From the NCBI GenBank assembly GCA_019828565.1, contig JAHDYR010000019.1, forward strand, positions 55,984 through 119,983: a stretch of 64,000 bases of DNA, read 5' to 3'. The position numbers and the translations under genes were made by a program. This DNA comes from Carpediemonas membranifera BICM. Taxonomy: Eukaryota > Protista > Fornicata. Positions 34,901-45,989 of the stretch are shown piece by piece. The notes below the pieces were generated by a model. It saw only the letters and a list, made by a program, of their open reading frames with translations, was not told the DNA's origin and did no database searches. How positions within the stretch are numbered: position 1 is the stretch's first letter; every line of letters starts with the position of its first letter.

Positions 34901-35947
34901 CGGCCACCTGCGGCGATATGAAGGTTGCTGACGCGCCACAGTCGAATAACATCGACTCTGTGCTGGTCCTGTATATAGATCCGGATACAATCGGTAGAGC
35001 CTGCGCCCTGCGTTTGCTAGACGCCGCGAAACAAGACAAATAAGAATAGTTCTGGACCTTTATACGGTCACAGAACTCTCTCTTGTGGCCCTCGCGCCCG
35101 CACTTCTCGCACTTGACCTTGGGCTTCCGGCACTCGGGACTAAAATGGCCCTTGCCCCCGCAGTTGTAGCAGGTCGGCATGGTGCTGGTGGGGCGAGCCC
35201 GATCGCGGGACCGCTTGTCTGGGCGATCTTGGCGGTGGCGGTCATACGGGCGGTCACGACGGTCGTATGGGCGGTCGCGCCGGTCACGGCTGTCCGCACG
35301 TTGGGGTTGGGCGCCTGGCACAGGAGCTGCCGGGCGGCGCGGCTGGTCGGGATGAATGGCCTCAGCGAACGGAGCGAGGTACTCCGCGGACTCGACTACG
35401 TCGCGCGCCGTCTTCATGGCATACTGCTGGGTCTCAGCAAGTGAGCGCCCCTCAGTCTGCTCCTTCAGTCTGAAGTAAAGGGACTGGCCCTTCACGGCGA
35501 ACGCCCGCAAGTATGTGCTTCACGAATAGTGTCGTCCTCGACCAGGTCAAGGCACTCGAACAAGGTGTTGAACTGCGAGTTCAGTCTCGAAACCTCGAGT
35601 GGCGTGAATGCCGCGATGCGGAGCCTGATGAGGTTCAGACATTGCTCCTTCCTGGTGGGACGCAAGGCAGCAGCGAGCCGCTGCATAATAGTCCTCTCTT
35701 TGACCTTGCGTGATGTTGTGGAAGGTTGGTCGCCCTGTTGATCACCCTGAGGAAGCGGGACGTCCTCGAGGGCCTCTAAGCCTAACACCTGGCATACGTA
35801 GGACTGTATCTCCGGACTGATGAGCTTCCGGAGCTTCGCCTTGCCACCTCTGGCCTTGAAGTCACGCAATGATGTAGTAAACGTCACGAAAGCCCTGAAA
35901 GTAGCTTCCTTGAGTAGTGGTGCTTGGTTCTTCCCGTCTCTATCCAT
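31926..35947 (-). CDS. gag-pol: Gag-Pol of G (single frameshift ~35510)
   Basis: Two CCHC knuckles, FDCGA protease, YIDD, MTDAS, CPIC, TDGGSQF, canonical chromodomain EYLVEWQGY...SWEP. Confidence 0.95.
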
Positions 35948-36049
35948 CGGGAAAGTACTAGTACTGTAGTCTTGGAAGAGATAGGTTTTACAAGTAAAAA
36001 GAGGTTTGGACCATCCCGGGGATATTGGTAGATATTAATATTGACTACA

Positions 36050-37004
36050 TCACCAAGGTGAGTACCTAGTCCGGTCCATCCTTGCTCACCGGGTCCGAGC
36101 TGGACGGCTGCAACTGTCCGTCGCGTATGAGGGGTACGATGACGCCGACTCCACATGGAACGAGTTCGATAAGTCTATGGATCAGCTCGAGGCGTTCGAC
36201 GCGTACCTTGCCGCTCACCCCAGGCTCAAGAAGAACTTAAGACGGTACAAGTGGTGGCTTAAGCCATCATCATAGCCGCAACATGTCCATACTGCACGTA
36301 AATGGACCTCTGTTTCTTCGTTCTCTACCGCTTTCACCGCCACCATCCGGAAACTAACTAATTTGAACATAACTAAGTAACTGGTGGTGGATACCGCTTC
36401 TATACGGCTAACTACTTGATATTGATTACTTATATGGCTCGTCGTTGAGATCTTAGGCGGCTACGAGCTCGAACGGAGGGAAGAAAGCGAAAATAGCGAG
36501 AACTCGCCATTGAGGCCTCGTTGGGCCTTCAAAGGGCCATTTTCGCGCTCTTGTTGGGATCGTGCTCATTCAACTGGCATTACTTCCAGCAATAGGAAAA
36601 CTCGTTGGATGTCGTCATCAATTGATTGCTGACGAGATTTTGATCCTGATTTCCCCCTTAGAGCATCCCGAGGGAGCAACTGGGCTCACCATAGCTCAGT
36701 GGCGCCCAATTACTGACCATGGGAGGGAAGTGTCGTGGATCTTTAGATCCATGCATATATTTATTCCTGATCTGATTACGATCTGGTCTTGATTTGTCTT
36801 TTATTTTTAAACACTTCGCATTGTTCGTTGTTGTTCTACCCCCGCGCGCCTACAACAACAGACACGTTCTCGAAGTATACCGAGCTCTATCCCGCACCAG
36901 CGAACAACTCAGATGAAGCAGCAAGAGCGTTGTGGCTCGCAGCAGCCCGCCACGGGGTCCCGCAGACAATACGGTCCGACAACAGCAGTGAATATGTCAA
37001 CCGC
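36050..37004. repeat. Duplication copy 2, left part (F 3' end, F LTR 36731-36857, M integrase)
   Basis: Matches 28491-29446. Confidence 0.95.
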
Positions 37005-37936
37005 TGTAGCCTTATGGCTAGGGAAAGATTGTTTAATATAAGAAAACCCATGATGTGGTGAATATGGTCAATACTATATAAATCTATGAAATGGTAATCC
37101 TATGTAACATTGGGTAAGACCCACTGCACTGCCCCTCCAGTGCCTGCAAGGCACGACCTCAAGCAACGCATATATATGGTCGGCAATAGCCGATGAGGAT
37201 TAGTGAAGTGACAACCGCTTCGAACGTACGAGAGCCACCAAGTACGATCGAAACAGTCTACTCTATTGGCGGTAGAGTAGGCTATGTCTGCCCTTCAGGC
37301 CTTGATCTACGATCTTAGCCAGTATTATGTAAAGATATGGTTGATACTATTATTCGAATCTGTATCTATAAAAATCTTGTGGTACCACTATATAAACGCG
37401 CGCGCTAAGTTAGGTATAGGGTATCTTACATGTCCCTGCCCCTCCACGGCCGGAATACGGCCGTGATTGTGGCGGTTTGGTTCGGCTGTGCATTTTATGG
37501 CACAATGAACCGCGGTTTCGAAAGTTTCACTATACGCGGTATGCAAAGCGCTAGCCAGCGTATAGTTGTCAAAAATGGGGTTTTCAGCCCTCAACGACGC
37601 TTCGTTGGCGAGTTCTCGACGTTTTTTTCTTTTCGGTGCCGAATGAAGGTGCTGCTCTGCGCTACGTGTGTCCTTCATGAATAACAACATCAATACTTAG
37701 TAAAAGCCTTCGTTGCTGCACTGTTTGTGGGATATTGAGGAGTATCTTCACGATTCTCCTCAAGGCTTCATGAGCGTCATCGAATCGACCTCCTGCGCCC
37801 AGGCTCCGGTCATGATCATGGCTGCTATGGTCTGCGGGTTAGTCAGCTAGGTTGCAGTAGTTCCCATAAAGTACGATAATTACGTCAATGCATGTAAATG
37901 CTGCTTTGAAGGATTTCAAAGCAGCCGTTTGAGGAT

Positions 37937-39177
37937 ATGGAGAATTATACCGCCGCAATGAAGGCTATAATCGAGGAACTAAGCGATGACGATGACATTG
38001 CCGCCCTCAATCGCGTCTTCCGCCACGTTATTCGCAAGCGTGCTCGTCGACGCGTTGGATCTACCGCCAACTCCGACAACACGACTAATCAGTCCTCCAT
38101 TGATGCTTCAACAACCGCTACGGGCTCAACAGTCAACGATCAGGAGCGCCAGCCCGATTCCAGCGTGGTTCCGGCAACCGTCGTCGGCGATTCGCGTCCG
38201 TCTCGCCGTGCTAGAGGCAAGCGCCGTATCGGCGTCCGTGATCGAGTTCTCCCGCCGGCAGTCACGGGCGCGGACGTGGTGTTCGAGCCTCCCCGCATTG
38301 ATCGCGCCACACGGCTGCGGGGTGAGCTCGATCACGTCATCTCGACGGTCACGGCGACGTTATCGACATTCTCATCGCATCTAGAGCTGTCAGTGCAGCC
38401 GTTCCTCGATGTGTTGATGAGCGGTGCGCTTAACCAGGCATCGCTGACCTCCGTTCAGCGCCTCGACGGTGGCGTCATCGCTCTGTCTGGGGCAGTCGAT
38501 GACTACTATCTGCTTGTCGGCTTCCGCAAGTACTTCGATCTTGGCTCCGGTGTCAGCGACCGGGAGATCATGAACCAGGTATTCAACGGTCGCCGTGCCG
38601 GCGATATCCGCCGGGAGGTCCTGGATGAGGCGGCACGCCTTCTTGCCGTTGGGGTCGACACGGCACGTAGCCACGTCCGCCGGCTCTATCTTCTTACGCA
38701 TCATGTTCCGTATTATGCAGTGCTACAGCACGCGATCTGGAGCCGGGTGCTGCAGGGCCGGCAGTGCCTGTATCGATTTGCCAATGACTGCTACGCCCTT
38801 GCCTGCGCCGAGGAGCTGCCGACCCTCAGCCTCCCCCCCGGTAGGTACCCCGGTTTCTTCGTCTTACACAGGATATGACCCGCTTTCAGGTCTACGAGCG
38901 CGACCGGTATTATCGCGTGCTGGCTGTGCGTGGTCACTGGTGGCTGTTCGTTGAGCAGGCCTACCGTGGTCGCGCTGGCTCCTTCTTGCTCCTTGTCGCC
39001 TACGACGGGTTCCCTGAAGCAAGTCTGACGCCGGTTAACGCAGACCTTGTCCGCGTGGCTGTGGTCAACCAGTACCTCAGGGCTCATTCCGAGCTCTGGG
39101 ACGTTCTGCCTGAGTCCCTGCAGGTAGAGTTGGAAGAAGTGGTGACCAGTGACGAGGAGTCTGCCGGTGACGAGTAA
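37937..39177 (+). CDS. Antisense accessory gene of H (ORFs 37937-38878 and 38875-39177; probable short intron 38841-38871); chromodomain-like C-terminus
   Basis: IRKR, SDREIM and PYY motifs shared with D and G; YRVLAVRGH...LLVAYDGF aligns with the G chromo-like module. Confidence 0.78.
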
Positions 39178-39239
39178 ATGTTCTGATGATCTTGGTTAGC
39201 GCCTTGATAGTCCGTTATTTACACGGCTATGTACAAGGG

Positions 39240-42011
39240 CTATCCGTCTGTATTGTTCGCCAGGAAGATGTCGAGAGCTGCGCAGTCCTTAACGTTCTTA
39301 TATGGTTCCCACGTGGCTTCTTCGTCCTCAAATCCGGCCCAGTGCACGAGGTACTTCTTCTGCGACATGGTACCTGACCCGCGTGCTGCTGAAATGCGGT
39401 CGACCAACCACTCGTCCCTGCTAGTTGCAGCGAGTTGCTGGATCTGGTCGTCAGTTAGTGTACCGGGGTTGAACCTTCGCACTCGTGCGGCATCGACCTT
39501 GATGGTCTTACCATTCGTGGGTGACTCTGCCATGTCTTGGACTTCATATGCCACGGTGACGCCTGATTGCTTGATGCTCTTAACGCGCCTCATCGGGCCT
39601 CTCCACCCTGGTGATAGTTTGTCAGGTGGGCGAGAGGGGTACTTGACCAAGACGTAACGACTCAGGATCTCCGTACGCGACGAGACGGCCTTCGACCACG
39701 CGTCCTCCTTCATCGCTTGGATGCGAGCCTTCGCCAGCTGAATTGCCGCGTCGGCGGCTGCCCGGTGTGACTGCTTGGCGCTCGCTGATGCTTGCTTGGT
39801 AACGTATATTGAGCTAGGCACGGTGAGGTTATATCCCAGGACGATCTCAGCCGGTGATAGGCGGGTTGGGACTCGCGGCGTGGCGTTGATGATAAAGCTC
39901 GCGACAGGCAGGTGATGTATCCAGTTAGAGTCTCTTATGTGGAACTTGCGTGCCTTCAAGATGCGTAACACCTCCTTGTTGGCTCGCTCCACCATCCCGT
40001 TTGACTGTGGATGGTGGGCCGTAGTGATGTGCGTATCAAAGCCCAACTCCTTGGACAACCGTTGGAATAGCTTGTTGTTAAACTCTGGCCCTCCATCGGA
40101 CTGTAACACCTCTGGGCACCCGAAGCGCAGTACCCAGTTGTTGACGAATGCGTCAGCTGCTGCTTCGGCTGTGGTCCCGGAGACGGCAACCAGCTCGGTC
40201 CACCGTGAGCACATGTCGACCATGACCGTAATGTGCGTCATACCGTCCCGCGTTGGGAATGGCCCCATAGTGTCGATCGCTACGCGTTTGAACGGGGTCT
40301 CTACAGCCGTATGTAACCCGGCCACAGTCTGCTCGGGTGGTCGTTCTAGCACTTGGCACGTGGGGCAATGAGAGATGAACTCGTCCACAGCTGAGCGGGA
40401 TACGCTCAACCCGTCGGCTCTCAGTCTGTCGATTGTCTGTCTTCTCGAGAAATGAGCGCCTGCCATCTCGTGTGCCTTCTTAATCTGATCAGTGGTCGCC
40501 TGGGAGCGTACGGTGAAAACTCTCGATAGTCCGTCGGCTCCGGCGTTGTCTAAACCTGCAACATGCTCAATACCGAAGTCTAAGTCGGACAGGGTGTCAG
40601 CCCATCGCTTGACCTTGGCGTTAACGCTCCGGAACATGAACAGGAGGTTCCTGTGGTCGGTCAGGATTGTGAAATGGCCCCAACTGAGGAACTTGCGCCA
40701 GCGTTGCACGGCAGCTATAATGGCGTACGCCTCCTTCTCACTGGTAGACCATCTCGACTGCACCTCATTAAAGGCCTTACTCATATAGCATACTGGCCTA
40801 CCCTCTTGGAGGAGTACTGCACCGTAGCCGAGCCCTGAGGCATCGGTCATAATAGTGTGCTCCTTAGTCGCGTCGAAGATGGCGAGTGCGTCCGCCGATG
40901 TGAGAGCATCCTTGATCTTCTTCAGCGCTGCGTCCTGTTCAGGCTGGCCGATAGGCCTGCGCCCGGCCATTGCCTCAGTCAAGGGGAGGGCGATCTCGGC
41001 GAAACGGTCCACGTGATCTCTGAAATAGTTCAGAAAGCCTACTAAGCCCTGCATCCCACGGACGCTCTTGGGCAACTGGAGCTCTGCAATGTCGGCTACC
41101 CGGTCGGGGGGCGATGTGTTTCTGCCCCTCGGAGATTACCCAACCTAGGAACTCGACCTCGGCACGGCCAAACTGGCACTTCTCCCTATTGAGCTGTAAC
41201 TTTGTCTCGCGTGCGCGAAGGAGGACCTTGCGGAGATTCTGGAGATATTCCTCTTCGCTTGCCCCGAAGATGATGATGTCGTCAATGTATATATAACAGG
41301 CTGTGCCGACCAGCCCCCGGAAGGCGGACTCCATAGCCCGCTGGAAATGGGCTCCAGCATTGCGTAGCCCAAAGGGCATCCGACAGTACTCGTACTGCCC
41401 CAGAGCCGTAGTAAATGCGGTGTACTGGCGGCAGCGCTCGGTCAGCTCGACTTGGTGGTAACCGGCGGAGAGGTCGAGGGTTGCGAAGACCTTCTTCCCC
41501 GCTAGCTGGGAGATAACCTCGTCAATACGAGGTATGGGGTAGTTGAAAGGTTCGGTGATGTCGTTAATTTGTCTGAAGTCAACTACGAATCGGGACTTAC
41601 CCCCTTTCTTGGGTACTGTCATCGCGGGCGAAGCGTAAGGCGATTGACAGGCACGGATAAATCTCTTCGCCAGGAGAGCGTCAATGTGCTCCTTGACGAC
41701 GGCTACCTTCGCCGGGGGGATGTAGTATGGTCGCGCGTTCACGACCCTGTCACTCTTCAGGATCAAGTCGTACGGTTCGAGCTTGCTTGGCTCGTTGCGA
41801 TCTTCGAACACTGCGCTGAACTCCTTGAGAATCTTGGCCTGTGTATCGCTCGTAGTGGGGTTCAACTGGTAGACGGCAGCGTCGAACTTGGCGGGCGACG
41901 GAATGTCCAGCTCGTCGCTACCCTCCTTGTTCCACTCAGCCTGAGGGAGTATACCCAACTCAACCATATGGGGGTACCCTAGGATCAGGTCGAAGTCGGT
42001 GTCGAGTAGAA
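39240..42011 (-). CDS. pol: pol of H (RT-RH-INT-chromodomain), frameshift in a homopolymer run near 41105
   Basis: LDLSAGYHQ, YIDD, MTDAS, CPTC, SDGGPEF, KYLVHWAGF...TWEP. Confidence 0.94.
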
Positions 42012-42486
42012 TCAGTTCACCAATGATTTCAGCAAAGTGGAAACACTTCGATCATGGATGGACAAGGACCAACAGGCCTGGCCTATATGGATAGGGCAGT
42101 GCCCCATGGAGCTCAGAAGGAGCGGCCTTGGCCTCCTGTCTGAACATTCAAGGGTTGCTATCAGGGCATACCGCTGGGCGCGAGTGGGAGCTCCACGCCC
42201 ATACCAAGGAATCAAAGTGTCTTCATGGAACGTATGTTTACAAGGAAAAGGAAAACAACCGTCGAGGGCCAGTGCTAGCACCGGCGGCTACATGGTTTTG
42301 TCAAGACCACAAGGAAGGAAGGGCAGCACAAAAGGGAAACAGGGGCCGTCGATAGAGGCTAAAAAGGAGACTACGAACAAAGCAACAACAACTACACAGA
42401 AAGGCCCCGCTACTCAGAAAAGGGCGACGCATTTTTAGGACCGCGCCTTTTTGAAAGAATGGCCTATATAGTACGGAGCATGGACA

Positions 42487-43443
42487 ATGGGAGAAACTGG
42501 AAGGCCTGGACGGAGACCTCACCCGGATATGTACATGTGGCCCGACTTTCGGACCCAAAAATTCCGACCCAGTTTATGGACTAGGAAAAGGGGAGAAATT
42601 TTGCACTCAACAATGCAGGTAGAAATACCGACAAGGATCAGGGATTCCACGCAGAAGCAGTGGGAGGACATCAGGGAACTACTGGACAGCTTCCTCGCTG
42701 AAAGGAACGATTCAAGGACTCTACTTCTTCGTAGAACAGGCAAGTTTACAGGAAAGTCGCTCAATGCGAACTCCAAAGGACGCAAGGAAGTAATCATGAA
42801 CGCCAGACGCATCCTCTTCGCAACCGGCGTCACTGACAACAAGGACATCATCCTCAGGAACCCATGCGGCATCCACGGCCTCCGCGACCTTTTCTACATG
42901 CTCACAGAGGCGCTCAACCCCAGAGACGAGGAAGCAAAGGACATGGCACAGGCACTGGAGCCCAAGACGCTGAAAGCGGGCTTCACTGGCATGGCAAGAT
43001 GGCCATCTGAGAAGGACATCGAGACGGCGATCCTCAAGCCGAAGGAAGATGGGCCCATCGAATGGGATGTAGACAGGGACAGCGTCAAGAAGGCCGAAGG
43101 GTCGTTCATACTGGTATCAGGGGCTCATGGAGACGAGGCCGTAGAAGGCGTGCCTTACGACAAGGTATGGGATCCGGCAAACCAAGGCCCGGTCACCAGA
43201 GTGGCCTACGAGCAAGAGGACGGCAAGTACAGGGTCATCCTAGAGCTAAGCGACACGTCAGCATGGTCCATCAGCCGCTTCATGGAGGAGGCTAGGGACA
43301 TCCTCAGGCTTCAGGCACCGGAGGCCCCGGCCATATGGCAGGCAGCATGGAACAAGTCAGGGATCTACCTGAAGGGCAGAACCAATATCCTGGGCGAAGG
43401 GGAGGAGACCCCCTTAGCAACGAGCCGCCGTTCCGGAAGGTGA
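42487..43443 (+). CDS. LINE ORF1-region segment, unknown function
   Basis: 318-aa ORF overlapping neighbours; probably part of one long frameshifted ORF ~42020-45989. Confidence 0.55.
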   Translation: MGETGRPGRRPHPDMYMWPDFRTQKFRPSLWTRKRGEILHSTMQVEIPTRIRDSTQKQWEDIRELLDSFLAERNDSRTLLLRRTGKFTGKSLNANSKGRKEVIMNARRILFATGVTDNKDIILRNPCGIHGLRDLFYMLTEALNPRDEEAKDMAQALEPKTLKAGFTGMARWPSEKDIETAILKPKEDGPIEWDVDRDSVKKAEGSFILVSGAHGDEAVEGVPYDKVWDPANQGPVTRVAYEQEDGKYRVILELSDTSAWSISRFMEEARDILRLQAPEAPAIWQAAWNKSGIYLKGRTNILGEGEETPLATSRRSGR

Positions 43444-44828
43444 GGCTGGAAGTGCTCAAGGCCACCTCGGTCCGCAGCAATAGGGACGAACATGCCGATC
43501 TGGACAGGTCGTCCGCTAGCACGGTCATCGACGGAGACGAGGAGCAACATGTCAAGGACAAGGAGGAACGACGCCAGCAGGCCACCATGCCCGGCAGAAG
43601 AAGCCTCGACGACAGCCTCCTGGAAGTGAACAAGGACATGGTCGGGGCCAACCAAGGCAAGATCGACCAGGACGAGGAGGTCGACTCAAACAAGGTCAGC
43701 AGCCAGCCGCCGAGGATGCCTAGAAAGGACAAGGAGAAACGGCTGGTGATCGGAGCCATCGACTTCGAGTGCGCAGACCCTGGCGTCAAGAAGGCAGGGA
43801 TCCCTGCCATCCCGGTTGAGGGCGGGATCGTACTCTTTGACCTCAGCACTGGGGACATTCTTGGACACGGGCATGGCCTGTATTACCAGGACATACCGGC
43901 AGCAAGCATGGACCAAGCGAGGTACACGGCATGGGCAGTGACGGGGCTGCCGCCGGCCACCTTCGTGGAGGTCGGGACGGGGCGGCCGCCGATCGAGTAT
44001 GAGAAGCACATACATACTTTCAGGGACTGGGCCAACCGCCTGGCGGCTCAGCTGGCAAGGATCGAAAGGTCGGAGGGCTGGAAGATAATCATGTATGCAA
44101 AGGGGGTGGAGATGGAAAGCTTCCTCCTCACGAACCCCACAAATGGACTGGAGCAAGGAACCAGGGAATTCTTCCAAGCTAGGCTGGTGGACGAGAAGAA
44201 GCTACCAGAGATCCTGGAGAACAACGGCAAGGAGGAGGCTGGCCAAAACCTCAGGGACAACCTCGACAAGGCCAACTACCTGGAAGCAGTAACAACATGG
44301 TCAAATGGATGGCAGAACAGGAGCGAGCCCAAGGGAGTCTGTCCGTACCACAGACACACCGCGGGTTGCTACCACTGTGGGTTGGCGGATACAGTAGTCT
44401 TCACAGCCAGGATCAGGGCCCTATGCAAGGAGAGGATGAGCACCCCAGACGTCTACCACTACATGGGTAAGGCACTCGACAAGACCATGGAAGCAGTCGG
44501 GAAGGCGGAGCCGGGCATGGATATCATGGGAGGCCCGGAATTCGCGACAAGGAGGGACACCTTTGAGATCTTCGGCACGTACCCGATCGGGGACGCAAGG
44601 GACGTCAGCAGGGAAGTCGGCGACAGGATCCTCGTAGTCCCGGACAACGGACACCGCTTCGGCATCGGCTTCGGGTTCGGGGAGGTTCTGTTGGGCATGA
44701 AGGGCATCTTACTGGCCCCCCTCACAATCATGGACAACGAAGGAGTGCTGGAGAGAAGCCCACTATGGACCATCATGGAAGAGCCACGGCTAACCAGCTC
44801 CGCATGGTACGCGTCAGGAAGGGCCTAG
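43335..44828 (+). CDS. LINE ORF1-region segment with Maelstrom-like / arenavirus NP-like DEDDh nuclease domain (ECHC Zn site)
   Basis: IDFE...IPVEGGIVLFDLSTG...H...TGLPP...KGVEME...CPYH...HCGLAD. Confidence 0.78.
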   Translation: MAGSMEQVRDLPEGQNQYPGRRGGDPLSNEPPFRKVRLEVLKATSVRSNRDEHADLDRSSASTVIDGDEEQHVKDKEERRQQATMPGRRSLDDSLLEVNKDMVGANQGKIDQDEEVDSNKVSSQPPRMPRKDKEKRLVIGAIDFECADPGVKKAGIPAIPVEGGIVLFDLSTGDILGHGHGLYYQDIPAASMDQARYTAWAVTGLPPATFVEVGTGRPPIEYEKHIHTFRDWANRLAAQLARIERSEGWKIIMYAKGVEMESFLLTNPTNGLEQGTREFFQARLVDEKKLPEILENNGKEEAGQNLRDNLDKANYLEAVTTWSNGWQNRSEPKGVCPYHRHTAGCYHCGLADTVVFTARIRALCKERMSTPDVYHYMGKALDKTMEAVGKAEPGMDIMGGPEFATRRDTFEIFGTYPIGDARDVSREVGDRILVVPDNGHRFGIGFGFGEVLLGMKGILLAPLTIMDNEGVLERSPLWTIMEEPRLTSSAWYASGRA

Positions 44829-45038
44829 GGGCAGCAAGGGAGGAGGACATCATAACCATGGCCATGCTATACGAGTGGTGGCCCTCGAAGGAGGCTACGG
44901 CTCATCAAGGAGTCTGGGGCTGCGACGACCTAGCAGAGAGCCTCAGGGACTATGAGAAGGTCATAGTCAACGTCAAGGCCCCCAGGAACAGGGGGTAGGA
45001 TCACCCTAGGGGCGAGCTTCATCCCGAGAGACTGGGGC

Positions 45039-45989
45039 ATGGTCAGGGTCAGCGAGGCTGGGACCATCCTAAGCCGCATGCGCAAGGAAGGGGCCAGACT
45101 AGTCTCGGCAGCTATCCCGGACGAGCCCAGAGCCAACACAGTCAATGTCCCAGGCATCACGTATGTCCCCACCATCGACGGAAAGTCCGAACAGCCATAC
45201 CAAAGTAGGTTCTTCGACAACGGCCTGGAGGAAAAGGCGAGGCGGATTAGCACCAGGATGGTGGGCAGGCACTTCGGCCAGGACGCGGATCAAGGACATC
45301 ACGACCAGCATGGAGACAGGGAAGAGGACAGAAGGGTAGGACACGGAGCCGGCGGTAGAGCTGGTGTCAGAGCTGACGACAGAACCGGCGACAGAGCTGG
45401 TAACATGAACAGGACCTCGGATCGTAACCACGGAGGAGACGACAGGGAGAGACAGGACAACACGGGAACGCAGATGAGAGGCTCGTTCAGCGGGAACACC
45501 TGGGCCGGTAGAGGCTCAGAGGGAGGCATGGACAACAGCAAGGATCACTCTTCCTCCACGACGCTCAAGCGCAAGGAGGGCAGCACGAGTAGGATCATGG
45601 ACTCGGACAGCGGAAAGAGAAGCAGGCACGAAGAGGACATGGACTGGGAGTCTGGAAGCAGACAGGCAACCGGCATGGACTCGGAGAAGCTGCGGCTCCG
45701 AAAGCAGTTGGCAGAGGCGCAACAAGAGATCTCAGCGCTCAAGGCTGCCCGACTCATGCAAGAGCAAGGCCACGGAAGGTTGGTGCTCTCCGGCGTCGCG
45801 ACTAAGCCCAGCAAGGAGAAGCCCACGATCCCCCGGCACAAGCACAAGAAGGCTAAGAAGGCCAAGCAGATCTCACCCATGGACCTGATGACCCAGTTCA
45901 TCACGGTAATGCAGAGTCTACAAGGACAGCAAGTGAGGCAGGCCGAGGACAGCTGCAGCGGCAGTGGGGAGTCCACGGAGGAGGAGTAA
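45039..45989 (+). CDS. LINE ORF1-region C-terminal segment (low complexity, coiled coil, basic patch)
   Basis: 316-aa ORF; LRKQLAEAQQEISALK heptads; KHKKAKKAK. Confidence 0.55.
   Translation: MVRVSEAGTILSRMRKEGARLVSAAIPDEPRANTVNVPGITYVPTIDGKSEQPYQSRFFDNGLEEKARRISTRMVGRHFGQDADQGHHDQHGDREEDRRVGHGAGGRAGVRADDRTGDRAGNMNRTSDRNHGGDDRERQDNTGTQMRGSFSGNTWAGRGSEGGMDNSKDHSSSTTLKRKEGSTSRIMDSDSGKRSRHEEDMDWESGSRQATGMDSEKLRLRKQLAEAQQEISALKAARLMQEQGHGRLVLSGVATKPSKEKPTIPRHKHKKAKKAKQISPMDLMTQFITVMQSLQGQQVRQAEDSCSGSGESTEEE

Larger units (their letters stand above)
30376..36049 (-). mobile_element. Chromovirus-like element 'G' with 5' LTR only (35965-36049, 85 bp); 3' end truncated
   Basis: LTR with TGTAGTC/GACTACA inverted termini; gag-pol; antisense gene; no 3' LTR or PPT found. 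Confidence 0.93.
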
